From the IMG/VR virus record IMGVR_UViG_2898597404_000001, positions 1 through 64,000 of that record: DNA of 64,000 nucleotides; one strand, given 5' to 3'. A program made the translations under genes and the position numbers. The stretch is from a virus (taxonomy: Duplodnaviria > Caudoviricetes). Below, one piece after another: positions 27,296 through 37,190 of the stretch. The stretch's first letter is position 1. Each line of letters opens with the position of its first letter. The notes under the pieces were generated by a model. The model saw only the letters and a program-made list of their open reading frames with translations. It made no database searches and was not told the origin of the DNA.

Positions 27296-29077
27296 GCCCG
27301 AACGGGGGCCTCATGCCCGTGACGACAAGCCAGTCGATGCCACGCCCGCGCGGGGGCTTCGTGCCCGCGACGATCAGCAGCTCGGAGCAGCGCCCGTGCC
27401 GGGGCTTCGTACCGGCGACGCTCCATGCCTCCACGCCCGCGCCGGGGCTTCGTACCCGCGACCAGGCAGGTCTGTACCTCGTGCCCAAGCCGGGGCTTCG
27501 TACCCGCGACCACCGGCTCGCCGCCGCGACGCCCGCGCGGGGGCTTCGTACCCGCGACGCAGGAGGTCTGACCTCCACGCCCGAGCCGGGGCTTCGTACC
27601 GGTGACAACAGGTCGCCGACAGCCGAACGGGGGGCAGGGCCCGCAGCACACTGAGGCCCGCTATGCCCTGGAAGGGCCTCACGCAGCCGTGAGCGGCCCC
27701 CCGACGCACCCTCTGGGAGCAATAATGGGTCCACTCGGCGGGCTCCTCCGATGCCCGCGCCGGGGCCTCGTACCGGCGACGGCGCGCGAATGTGACCACG
27801 CCCGAGCGGAGGGCTTCGTACCCGCGATGGAGGGTCACCCCCGCCACGCCCGAGCCGGGGCCTCGTACCCGCGACAGACGCACCCCCGCCCGGCCACGCC
27901 CAAGCCGGGGCTTCGTACCGGCGGCCCGGAACTGGGAGCGACGCCCAAGCCGGGGCCTCATACCGGCGGCCCTGTAAGGGGAGCAGACGCCCAAGCCGGG
28001 GCCTCATACCGGCGGCCGATGAGCAGGGGTCCAAACGCCCAAGCCGGGGCTTCGTACCGGCGGCCCCAGAGAGAAGGCCGACGCCCGAGCCGGGGCCTCG
28101 TACCGGCGACTACGCGACGGAGTCACATGCCCGCGCCGGGGCCTCGTACCGGCGACCCGGTACCGGGGGAGCAGCGCCCGAGCCGGGGCTTCGTACCGGC
28201 GACCAAGTTCGAGACGACCGATGCCCGAGCCGGGGCCTCGTACCGGTGACTACGAGATCGAACCCCATGCCCGAGCCGGGGCTGCGTACCGGCGACTGTA
28301 GATGCCTCAGGACCATGCCCGCGCCGGGGCCTCGTACCGGCGACTACGGAGAGGGCGCCCCACGCCCGAGCCGGGGGCTTCGTGCCCGGCGGCAAGCCAT
28401 CGGACTCCTCCAGGCCCGAGCCGGGGCTTCGTACCGGTGATCAGCGGAAGCTGCTCGGCGCCCGCGCGGGGGCTTCATGCCCGCGACGTAGCAGGAACAG
28501 CCCACCCCAGCCCGGCGAGGGGAGCCCGAGTGGCCCTGGAAGGGCCTCACGCAGCCGTGAGCGGCCCCCCGGCGCACCCCGCAGGGGCTATAAGGGAACG
28601 CGGCGGTGTCACCAGGCCCGAGCCGGGGCTTCGTACCGGCGAACGAGCAACCGACTTTCCCCAACGCCCACGCAGGGGCCTCGTACCTGCGACGCGCAGA
28701 TGTAGCTGTCCACGCCCGAGCCGGGGCTTCGTACCGGCGACATCCACAACCTCCTGCGCTGCGCCCGAGCCGGGGCTTCGTACCGGCGACATGGCATGCA
28801 GACTCGTCACGCCCGAGCCGGGGCCTTGTACCGGCGACACACGACGACCACCCATGCCCGTGCCGGGGCCTCGTACCGGTGACACGGCGACGAGTCGTCC
28901 TCACGCCCGTGCCGGGGCCTTGTACCGGCGACATTGCCTGGATGATCGCTATGCCCGAGCCGGGGCCTCGTACCGGCGACTCAGCGCAAGGACCCGCGCC
29001 CGAGCCGGGGGCTTCGTACCCGGCGGCGGCCAACCGGCACTTCGGTCACGCCCGCGCAGCGGCTTCGTAGCTGCGAC
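27296..29077 (+). repeat. Non-coding array of 33 structured 28-nt repeats with 15-22-nt unique spacers
   Basis: Consensus GCCCGAGCCGGGGCYTCGTACCGGCGAC, period ~47 nt, blocks of 7, 16 and 10 separated by two related inserts. Confidence 0.95.
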
Positions 29078-29234
29078 CTCCGCAGCCCCGCCCCGAGCCC
29101 CGCCCGCTGGCCGGCAGCGGCGGGCCGGGGCGGGTCGTGCCGACGCGCGCCATACCGGCGAAGCGCGGTTCCGGGTGATTACGATCAGTGATATTGCCCC
29201 CGGGACCAGCACGAACTGCGAGGTGTGCCCCCCT

Positions 29235-30098
29235 ATGCCCGAGCCTGCGAGGTGGCTGCGGACGGCCGAAATCCCTCTCGCCGACCTCACCCCGTTCCCT
29301 GGGAACGCCCGCCGCGGCGACGTCCGCATGATCCTGGCCAGCCTCCAGCAGAACGCCCAGTACCGGTCCCTCGTGGTCCGCGACACCGGAGACGGCACCC
29401 TCACCGTCCTCACCGGCAACCAGACGTACGAGGCCCTGCAGCGGCACGGCCCCGACACCTGCGTCCGCGGCACCGCCGATGCCCCCGGCTGCGCGCTCTG
29501 CTCCGAAGGGAACTGGCTGGAGACGGCCCGCTGCGAGGTCATCACCTGCGACGACGAGACCGCCAAGCGCATCAACGTCGGCGACAACCGCATCCACGAC
29601 CTCGGCGGCTACGACGACAAGGCCCTGGCCAGCCTCCTGGAGGACCTTCCCGACCTCGGCGGCACCGGCTACAGCAGCGAGGACCTGGACGGCCTCCTGC
29701 GCGTGACCGGCACGCTCGGCCAGCAGGCCGCGGACTTCCTCACCCCGTTCAGGGACCAGACGATCCCGGCCCCCGGCCAGCCCGCCCCGGCCGGCACCGC
29801 CCCGCCGTCCGGACTGGCCCCGCTGCAACCCCGGGCCGGGGTCTCCCAGACCATGCAGCCGCCCCCGCAGGCCCCGTACGCGCCGCCCGAGCAGATCACC
29901 GCGCCGCACTCGTCCGCGACCGCCGACTCCCTCGTCCCGGTCCAGTGGACCGTCACCGTCGAGGAGCGGGACCGGATCCGCTCGACCCTCCGCGCGGCCG
30001 CCGAGCGGTTCGGCGCACCGGACGCCTCCACCGCCCTCGTCATGATCATCGACAGCTACGCGGCCACGCTCGCGACCGCCCCCGAGGAGACCCCCTGA
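29235..30098 (+). CDS. ParB/Srx N-terminal domain protein
   Basis: IPLADLTPFPGNARRGD...QYRSLVV...LTGNQTYEA...GDNR..DLGGYD. Confidence 0.8.
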   Translation: MPEPARWLRTAEIPLADLTPFPGNARRGDVRMILASLQQNAQYRSLVVRDTGDGTLTVLTGNQTYEALQRHGPDTCVRGTADAPGCALCSEGNWLETARCEVITCDDETAKRINVGDNRIHDLGGYDDKALASLLEDLPDLGGTGYSSEDLDGLLRVTGTLGQQAADFLTPFRDQTIPAPGQPAPAGTAPPSGLAPLQPRAGVSQTMQPPPQAPYAPPEQITAPHSSATADSLVPVQWTVTVEERDRIRSTLRAAAERFGAPDASTALVMIIDSYAATLATAPEETP

Positions 30099-30616
30099 TG
30101 TCCGCACTGCGCATCGTGTCCCTGCCCGCCGCCACCGCCGCCGTCCTCGATGGCGGGGTCGCGGTCCACGGAGCCCCCGCCAAGGGCCTCGGGCTCCACC
30201 TGTCCGGTGACGGGCACCTCGGCGCGGACATCATCCACGTCCCCGCAGGCGGCCAGTTCCCGGTCCACACCCACCCCGGCCACCACCTGCTGCTCTGCCT
30301 GGAGGGCCTCGGCACGATCACCGTCGACGAGGTCGTCCACCAGGTCCGCCCCGGCGACCTCTACATGGTGGACGGGCAGGTCCCGCACGCGGTCGGCGCG
30401 GGCGACCGGGACCACGTCCTCGTCGCGATCGGCGCACCGCACCGCCCGGTCGACTCACCCGACCGGATGACGTTCACGGACTGGGAGGGCACCCGTCTGG
30501 ACGAGCCGCTGTTCCCGCCCCCGGCCCCGGCGCGCAGCACCGGCCGCGGCTCCGGCAAGGGCCGCCACCGCGCCACCGGCCCCGCGACCGGCCCCGCGAC
30601 CGGCGCGGCGTCGTGA
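30098..30616 (+). CDS. Cupin-domain protein
   Basis: FPVHTHPGHH...GDLYMVDGQVPHAV. Confidence 0.85.
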   Translation: MSALRIVSLPAATAAVLDGGVAVHGAPAKGLGLHLSGDGHLGADIIHVPAGGQFPVHTHPGHHLLLCLEGLGTITVDEVVHQVRPGDLYMVDGQVPHAVGAGDRDHVLVAIGAPHRPVDSPDRMTFTDWEGTRLDEPLFPPPAPARSTGRGSGKGRHRATGPATGPATGAAS

Positions 30617-31728
30617 CCGTGCTGAACCTGGCGGAGCGCCGCTGGCCCCCGGTCCCGGACCTCGAGGAAACCCGCCTCATCACGCAGGCCGCCCTGTCCC
30701 GCACCTGGACAGACGGCCCGTGGACCGAAGAGGTCGAGCACCGCATGACCGAGCTGACCGGGGCCCCGCACGCGGTCGCGTTCAACTCCTGCACCTCCGC
30801 CCTCCACGCCGCCCTCCACGCCATGGGCTGCGCGGCCGGCACCCCCCTGCTCGCCCCCTCGCTCACGTTCACGGGCAGCCTCACCGGCGCCCGCCACATC
30901 GGCGCGGACGTCCACTGGCGCGACGTCGACCCCGACACCCTCACGATCACCCTCGGCCCGATCGAGGAGGTCGGGACCCTGGTCCTGGCCGTCGACCTCC
31001 ACGGCGTCCCCCACACCATCACCGGCGGGGGAGGCCTGCGGGTCCTCACTGACTCGTGCCAGGCGCTCGGCACCCTGCGGGACGGCCGCCACATCGGCGG
31101 CACGGGCACACACTGCTGGTCGTTCTCCTCGGCGAAACTCGTCGCCGCCCCGGACGGCGGCGCGGTCACCACCGACGACCCCGACCTCGCCCGCATCCTC
31201 CGCCAGCTCCGCGACTACGGCGTCTACGCCACCGGCCGGGAACGCTCCAACGGCGTCGTCACCCACCCCGGCGGCCACAACTGGCGGCCCTCCGAGCTGT
31301 CCATGGCCATGGTCGCGCACCGCCTCCAGCGGCTCCCGTACTGGGCCGACCGGGCCCGCCACGCAGCCCGCCGCCTCCACCCGGCCCTGGACCGCCTCGG
31401 CTACTGGCGGCAGCACGCCGCGCCCGGCACCGACCCCGCCTGGCACAAGATCCGCATCGGCCCCCCGGACCAGGACCCCGACGCCGCCCGCCAGCTCGCC
31501 CGCCGCCTCGCCGACGCCGGAGTCCCCACCCACCGCTGGGGCGCCCACCCCCTCCACCTCCACCCCGTCCACCACACCCGCGACCGGCCCCGGCCGGACC
31601 TGCCCGCCACCGCCCGCGCCGCCGCCGGGACCATCTGCCTCGGCACCGAACGGTGCCCCCCGATGACCTGGACCTGCGACGAGATCGACGAGGTCATCGA
31701 CACCCTCGACATCCTCACGGAAGGCTGA
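30613..31728 (+). CDS. DegT/DnrJ/EryC1/StrS PLP aminotransferase
   Basis: AFNSCTSALH, DSCQALG, SFSSAKL (PLP Lys), DGGAVTT, G.NWR. Confidence 0.88.
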   Translation: MTVLNLAERRWPPVPDLEETRLITQAALSRTWTDGPWTEEVEHRMTELTGAPHAVAFNSCTSALHAALHAMGCAAGTPLLAPSLTFTGSLTGARHIGADVHWRDVDPDTLTITLGPIEEVGTLVLAVDLHGVPHTITGGGGLRVLTDSCQALGTLRDGRHIGGTGTHCWSFSSAKLVAAPDGGAVTTDDPDLARILRQLRDYGVYATGRERSNGVVTHPGGHNWRPSELSMAMVAHRLQRLPYWADRARHAARRLHPALDRLGYWRQHAAPGTDPAWHKIRIGPPDQDPDAARQLARRLADAGVPTHRWGAHPLHLHPVHHTRDRPRPDLPATARAAAGTICLGTERCPPMTWTCDEIDEVIDTLDILTEG

Positions 31729-31738
31729 CCCCACCCCC

Positions 31739-32866
31739 ATGAACCCGCAGACCCCCCAGGACCGGAAGGTCCGCGTCGGCATCATCGGCGTCGGCAACTG
31801 CGCCCGCGCCCTCCTCGAAGGCATCGCCTTCTACCGCCACGACCCGGCCGCCACCGAGGGCCTCATGCACCCCCGCGTCGGCCCCTACACGGCCGGATCG
31901 GTCGAACCCGTCGCCGCCTGGGACGTCGACGCCGAGAAGGTCGGCAAGCCCCTCTGGGACGCCCGCGCCGCCGGTCAGAACCTGTCCGTCGGCATCCCGT
32001 GGAGCGACCTGCCCCCGGTCGGCGAGGACGTCACCGTGATGCGCGGCCCCACCCTCGACGGAGCCGGGACCCGCTACCGCGAGCGAATGGAGCTCGCCCC
32101 CGACTGGCCGAACTACGACGGCGCGGAGATCATCGAGCAGATCCGCGAATCCCGCGTCGACGTCCTCCTGAACTACCTCCCGGTCGGCTCCCAGCACGCC
32201 ACCGAGTGGTGGGCCCAGATCGCCCTCGACGCCGGATGCGCCTTCGTCAACAACATCCCCGTCTTCATCGCCCGCAAGGACTACTGGCGGGACCGGTTCC
32301 GGCAGGCCCGCCTTCCGCTCATCGGCGACGACATCAAGAGCCAGCTCGGCGCCACCTACCTGCACCGCATCATCGTGCAGGCCTTCGCGGACCGGGGCAT
32401 CACCCTCGACCGCACCTACCAGCTCAACGTCGGCGGCAACATGGACTTCTACAACATGCTGGAGGACGCCCGGCTGGCCTCCAAGCGCGAGTCCAAGTCG
32501 TCGGCCGTCACCGACGCCTACCCCCGCGAACTCGACCCCGCCAACGTCCACATCGGCCCCAGCGACCATGTCGCCTGGCTCGGCGACACCAAGAAGGCGT
32601 TCATCCGCTGCGAGGGCCGCGGCTTCGGCGGCGCACCGATCGAGCTGGACGTCACCCTCACCGTCCCCGACTCCCCGAACAGCGCAGGGGTCGTGATCGA
32701 CGCCGCCCGCATCGCCAAGCTCGCCCTCGACCGGCAGGACGCCGCAGCGGCGGACCATGTGTCCGCGTGGCTGTTCAAAGCGCCGCCGCGCGCCGTGGCG
32801 TCCATCCCGGACCAGACCGCGAAGGACCGCATCGGCGCCTGGCTCACCGGCGGCGAGGAGCGCTGA
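31739..32866 (+). CDS. ino1: myo-inositol-1-phosphate synthase
   Basis: GVGNCA, YLPVGS, GDDIKSQLGAT, TYQLNVGGNMDF, HIGPSD, DSPNSAG. Confidence 0.93.
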   Translation: MNPQTPQDRKVRVGIIGVGNCARALLEGIAFYRHDPAATEGLMHPRVGPYTAGSVEPVAAWDVDAEKVGKPLWDARAAGQNLSVGIPWSDLPPVGEDVTVMRGPTLDGAGTRYRERMELAPDWPNYDGAEIIEQIRESRVDVLLNYLPVGSQHATEWWAQIALDAGCAFVNNIPVFIARKDYWRDRFRQARLPLIGDDIKSQLGATYLHRIIVQAFADRGITLDRTYQLNVGGNMDFYNMLEDARLASKRESKSSAVTDAYPRELDPANVHIGPSDHVAWLGDTKKAFIRCEGRGFGGAPIELDVTLTVPDSPNSAGVVIDAARIAKLALDRQDAAAADHVSAWLFKAPPRAVASIPDQTAKDRIGAWLTGGEER

Positions 32867-32869
32867 CCG

Positions 32870-33613
32870 GTGCGCCCGCCCGCCACCCTCGCCGACCTGC
32901 CGGTGTACGCGATGAACCTGCCCCGGCGGACGGACCGGTGGGAGGCCCTCACCCGCCACATGGCGCTCCGGGGCCTCCCCGCACCGGTCCAGGTCCCCGC
33001 AGTGGACGGCCCCGCCGTCTTCACGCCCGCGGACCTCACCGGCTACCGCCGCGAGGTCGAGGCGGGCTTCGACGGCGACGCCGCCTGCTACGGCCAGGCC
33101 ACCACGGCGCTCAACCTGCTCACGTCCCTCGCCGAGGACCCCCCGGACTGGACCCTGATCCTGGAGGACGACGCGGTCTTCCACGAAGACGTCCACGCCC
33201 GCTACGCCGAGTTCGCCGCCCTCGTCCCCGACGACGCCCTGGTGGTGCTGCTCGGCTGCGTCCACAAGAGCATCAACCGCCGCTACCGCCCCGCACCGGG
33301 CAAGCCGCACCGGTCCTCGGCCCCGGTCGAGGGGACCGGGGAGCGGTGCTGGCGGGCCGGGACCGTGTGGTGCTGCCACGCCTTCATGGCGTCCCGCGAG
33401 GCCGTGCCGCTCCTCCTGGAGGCCGCGAAGCCCCGCGCCATGTCGTTCGATCTGGCGTGGAACGCCGTCCACCACCTCGGCCGCACCTACCTGCCGAACC
33501 CGCACCTGGCCATCCAGCGGCCCGGCGACTGGTCCGACATCCAGAACACCCGGCGCGGAGACCGCCCCGAGCAGTTCGCCCCCCGCGCCCAGCCCCGCCG
33601 GAGGCGCCCATGA
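32870..33613 (+). CDS. Glycosyltransferase family 25-like
   Basis: YAMNLPRRTDRW, PAVDG, LILEDDA. Confidence 0.8.
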   Translation: MRPPATLADLPVYAMNLPRRTDRWEALTRHMALRGLPAPVQVPAVDGPAVFTPADLTGYRREVEAGFDGDAACYGQATTALNLLTSLAEDPPDWTLILEDDAVFHEDVHARYAEFAALVPDDALVVLLGCVHKSINRRYRPAPGKPHRSSAPVEGTGERCWRAGTVWCCHAFMASREAVPLLLEAAKPRAMSFDLAWNAVHHLGRTYLPNPHLAIQRPGDWSDIQNTRRGDRPEQFAPRAQPRRRRP

Positions 33614-34284
33614 ACGTCCCGCCCTCCCTGACCGGGATCCCGTGCTGGGCGATCAACCTCGACCGCAGGCCGGACCGCTGGCAGCGCCTCACCGCCCACC
33701 TGCAGGACCGGGGCCTCCCCGCCCCGGCCCGCTGGCGCGCCATCGACGGCAGCACCACCGTCACCGCCGAGGAGGCCGGCGCATTCCGCGCCACGGCCGC
33801 ACCCTGCCGCGCCCACCCCGCACCCCGCCTCGCCACCGCCCGCACCTTCCTCGCCCTCACCGCCCACCTCCTCGACGACCCGCCCCCCTGGACCCTGGTC
33901 CTGGAGGACGACGCGGTCCTCCACGAACACGTCCACGCCCGCTACACGGAGTTCGCCGACGCCGCCCCCGACGACGCCCTCATGGTCCTCCTCGGCTGCA
34001 CCCACCGCCGCAAGCCCCGCCCCGTCCAAGGCACCTGCTGGCGCGTCACCCGCGCCGTCGACGCCCACGCCTTCCTCGCGTCCGCCGACGCCCTCCCCCT
34101 GCTGCACGCCGCGGCCGCACCGCTCACCACCGACTACGACCAGGCGTGGAACGACGTCCACCGCCTCGGACACACCTACGCGCCCATGCCGCACCTGGCC
34201 ATCCAGCGGCCCGACGACCACTCCGACCTGCTCGGCAGGCCCCGCCCGCTCCGCCGCAAGCACCTCGGCCTGGAGGCCACATGA
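33610..34284 (+). CDS. Glycosyltransferase family 25-like (paralog)
   Basis: WAINLDRRPDRW, RAIDG, LVLEDDA. Confidence 0.8.
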   Translation: MNVPPSLTGIPCWAINLDRRPDRWQRLTAHLQDRGLPAPARWRAIDGSTTVTAEEAGAFRATAAPCRAHPAPRLATARTFLALTAHLLDDPPPWTLVLEDDAVLHEHVHARYTEFADAAPDDALMVLLGCTHRRKPRPVQGTCWRVTRAVDAHAFLASADALPLLHAAAAPLTTDYDQAWNDVHRLGHTYAPMPHLAIQRPDDHSDLLGRPRPLRRKHLGLEAT

Positions 34285-35087
34285 ACCTCGTCCTCAAGTC
34301 CAAGGCGCACTACACCGACGACGCCGCCGCGAAGGTCTGGGCGAACATCACCGACCACGTCACCAAGGACGAGGCCGAGGAAGCCGTCGAACGCGCCGCC
34401 GCCGAGGTCCTCGACGTGTGCGGCCGCTACCTGGACCGCGTCGTCTACGGCTGGTCCGGAGGCAAGGACAGCCGCGCGCTCCAGGTGGTCATGGAGCGGG
34501 CCGGAGTGCGCCGCTCGCTGCTCGGCACGATCCCCCGCATGGAGTTCAGGGGCTATCTCGACTGGGTCGCACAGGAAGCCCCTGAAGGGCTCACCGTTAT
34601 CCCGAACGAGGACCTCGCCCTCGCCGATCTCGCGCACCCGGACCGCGACCGCTACCTGTTCCCCCGGACCTCCAGGGACGGCTACTGGTGGACCCTCAAC
34701 GGCACCCGCCGCGCGCAGCTCGCCTACCAGCAGGAGCACCACCCGGCCCTCCAGATCTACGGGCGCCGCCGCCAGGACGGCAACCCCACCGGCAAGGACG
34801 GCCTCCAGCACTCCCGCAACGGCATCACCTCCTACAGCCCGATCCGGAACTGGCCGCACGAACTCGTCCTCGCGGTCGTCCACTACGCGGGCCTCACCCT
34901 GCCCCCCACCTACGGGTGGCCCCACGGCTGGACCGCCGGGACCGGCCCCTGGCCCGGCCGCCGCGTCGGCACCCGCGACGAGTCGTGGGCCGAGACGTGG
35001 GCGATCGAGCCCGACCGGGTCCTGGAGGCCGCCGAGCACATCCCGTCCGCCCGCGAATGGCTCGACCGCCAGGAGGCCGCACGATGA
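34281..35087 (+). CDS. PAPS-reductase-family (PP-loop) protein
   Basis: WSGGKDS, GRRRQDGN, SPIRNW. Confidence 0.82.
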   Translation: MNLVLKSKAHYTDDAAAKVWANITDHVTKDEAEEAVERAAAEVLDVCGRYLDRVVYGWSGGKDSRALQVVMERAGVRRSLLGTIPRMEFRGYLDWVAQEAPEGLTVIPNEDLALADLAHPDRDRYLFPRTSRDGYWWTLNGTRRAQLAYQQEHHPALQIYGRRRQDGNPTGKDGLQHSRNGITSYSPIRNWPHELVLAVVHYAGLTLPPTYGWPHGWTAGTGPWPGRRVGTRDESWAETWAIEPDRVLEAAEHIPSAREWLDRQEAAR

Positions 35088-36394
35088 GCAAGATGGGGCA
35101 GCGGCAGTCCCTCGACCGCGTCACCGTCGACACCGACGTCTACACGCTCGCCTGCGAACGCACCGCCTACGTCCTCGACACCTTCGAGAAGGCGTTCGTC
35201 TGGTTCTCCGGCGGCAAGGACTCCACCGGGGTCCTGAACATCGCCCTGGAGGTGATCCACTCCGATCCCCGGTTCGAGCGGCACCTGCCGCTGCGCACGG
35301 TCTTCTACGACGAGGAGGCCATCCCCTACGAGACCGAGGAGTACGTGCGCCGCACCGCCCAGCGGCCCGACGTCGACCTGGAGTGGTACTGCCTCCCCGT
35401 CAAGCACCGCAACGCCTGCTCCCGCACCAGCCCCTACTGGTGGCCATGGGCGCCCGAAGCCGAGGAGAAGTGGTGCCGGCCGCTGCCCCCGGAGGCGATC
35501 ACCACCCTCCCAGGCTTCCCGATCAACCCTCCGGAGGCCCGCCTCACCGCCCCCGACGCGAACGGCCTCTTCTGCCCCGGCCGCGGCAACACGGCCATGC
35601 TCATGGGAATCCGCGCCCAGGAGTCACCGGTCCGCCGCAAAGCCGTCACCCGCCGCAAGGTCGACAACTACATCATCGGCTACAACGGCCCCACCAGCCG
35701 CGGCAACGCCTGGAAGGTGTACCCCCTCTACGACTGGCGCACCGAGGACGTCTGGACGGCGGCCGCGCTCAACGGCTGGGACTACAACCGGGCCTACGAC
35801 CGCATGGAGATGCTCGGCATCCCGCACTTCCAGCAGCGGTGCAGCCCCGCGTTCGGTGAGGAGCCCCTGACCAAGATCGGCATGTTCGCGGCGTGCTTCC
35901 CCGAGGTCTGGGAGAAGATGGCCGAACGCGTCCCCGGCATCGGCGCCGCCCACCGCTACGCCCTGACCGAGCTGTACGGCTACGGCTCCCGCCCCGCCAA
36001 GCCGGACGGCATCCCCTGGCCCGGCTTCATCGTCCACTACCTGCAGATGTTCCGGCCCGCCGAACAGGTCCACGTGAGCGGCCGCATCAACGAGACCATC
36101 CGCCGCCACTACAAGGTCACCACGCACCCGATCCTGCCCAAGTCCCGCCACCCGCAGACCGGCGTCTCCTGGGACTTCCTCCTCACGCTGGCGATGAGGG
36201 GCGACTTCAAAAAGCGCCGGCAGGAGATGAGCGCACTCGACCCCGACCAGAAGGCCCGCCAGTGGCGCGCCTACGCCTCCGAACTCGCCCGCGTCCTCGC
36301 CGCCGGGATCCCCCCCGAGGAACTCGGCCACCCCCGCGCCCTCCCCACCGACCCGCAGTCCGTGATCCCCGACGAGCACCGGGAGCCCCGATGA
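35084..36394 (+). CDS. IbrA-like PAPS-reductase/DUF3440 protein
   Basis: FSGGKDS, FYDEEA, WYCLP, GIRAQES..R, YPLYDW.TEDVW, YN..YD. Confidence 0.85.
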   Translation: MSKMGQRQSLDRVTVDTDVYTLACERTAYVLDTFEKAFVWFSGGKDSTGVLNIALEVIHSDPRFERHLPLRTVFYDEEAIPYETEEYVRRTAQRPDVDLEWYCLPVKHRNACSRTSPYWWPWAPEAEEKWCRPLPPEAITTLPGFPINPPEARLTAPDANGLFCPGRGNTAMLMGIRAQESPVRRKAVTRRKVDNYIIGYNGPTSRGNAWKVYPLYDWRTEDVWTAAALNGWDYNRAYDRMEMLGIPHFQQRCSPAFGEEPLTKIGMFAACFPEVWEKMAERVPGIGAAHRYALTELYGYGSRPAKPDGIPWPGFIVHYLQMFRPAEQVHVSGRINETIRRHYKVTTHPILPKSRHPQTGVSWDFLLTLAMRGDFKKRRQEMSALDPDQKARQWRAYASELARVLAAGIPPEELGHPRALPTDPQSVIPDEHREPR

Positions 36395-36900
36395 CCGACG
36401 TCAGCAGCCAGCCCGTCTCCAACGTCGAATGGGTCGAGCGCGAGAAGCTGACCGCGAACTCCTGGAACCCCAACCGGCAGGCCCCGCCGGAGAGCCGCCT
36501 GCTCCGCGTCTCGATCCTGGAGAACGGCTGGACCCAGCCCATCGTGACCCGCCAGGAGCCCGGCGGCCTGGAGATCGTCGACGGCTACCACCGCTGGGTC
36601 TCCTCCGAGCACCGCGACCTCCAGGCGTTCACCGACGGCCTGGTCCCCGTCGTTGTCCTCCCGCCCACCGACCCCGCACTGGCCCGCCTCGCCACCATCC
36701 GCCACAACCGGGCCAGGGGCACGCACCACGTCCTCGGCATGGCCGACATCGTCGCCGAGCTCCTCCAGCTCGGCCTCACCCCCAAGGACCTCGGCACCCG
36801 GCTGGAGATGGACTCCGAGGAGGTCGAGCGCTTGGCCGACCGGGGCGACATGCTCAAGCGTGCCGGCCGCGACGGCTACAACAACGGCTGGACCGTCTGA
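36391..36900 (+). CDS. IbrB-like ParB-family protein
   Basis: QPVSNVEWV..ANSWNPN..GWTQPIV..IVDGYHR..ATIRHNRARG. Confidence 0.88.
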   Translation: MTDVSSQPVSNVEWVEREKLTANSWNPNRQAPPESRLLRVSILENGWTQPIVTRQEPGGLEIVDGYHRWVSSEHRDLQAFTDGLVPVVVLPPTDPALARLATIRHNRARGTHHVLGMADIVAELLQLGLTPKDLGTRLEMDSEEVERLADRGDMLKRAGRDGYNNGWTV

Positions 36901-36971
36901 TGGGCACGCGGAAGCGCGACGGCGCCGCGTCTCCGGGGAGACAGGCGGCGCCGTCGCGCAGGGGCGGGCGG

Positions 36972-37160
36972 TCAGTAGCCGACGGCGGCGGCCTCCACCG
37001 TGTTGCCGATCGCGCGCTGCTCGGTGATGCACCAGCCGCAGATGGCGACGATCTCGCCGTCCACCATCGCCGAGGTGACGGCCTCGTTCGGGGGAGAGGC
37101 CGGGTAGTCCAGGTCGCGGTCCATCTCGGCGTTGCGCTCGCAGACCTCGCAGTTCGCCAT
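36972..37160 (-). CDS. Small Zn-finger protein
   Basis: CEVC...CGWC; RBS GGAGG; directly after promoter copy 6. Confidence 0.7.
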   Translation of the reverse strand: MANCEVCERNAEMDRDLDYPASPPNEAVTSAMVDGEIVAICGWCITEQRAIGNTVEAAAVGY

Positions 37161-37190
37161 CTCGGCCTCCAGGTTGGTGTTAGCTGCTCA

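Noticed and set aside
27296-29077. Canonical CRISPR array (the reverse strand of the repeat begins GTCGC)
   Set aside because: Spacers only 15-22 nt, repeats vary with compensatory changes, no cas genes or AT-rich leader in the window
27296-29077. TIGR-type array
   Set aside because: No alternating edge/loop repeats with two ~9-nt spacers, no box C/D motifs, no Nop-domain gene recognised
27102-29234. ORFs across the array, including the N-terminal extension of 28302-30098
   Set aside because: The same peptide motifs (ARAGASYR, PSRGFVPAT) hop between frames because the period is not a constant multiple of 3; ParB-like homology begins at ATG 29235
29235-36900. Host antibiotic (aminoglycoside) biosynthetic cluster
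   Set aside because: Embedded among phage genes and lacks the dehydrogenase, resistance, export and regulatory genes expected
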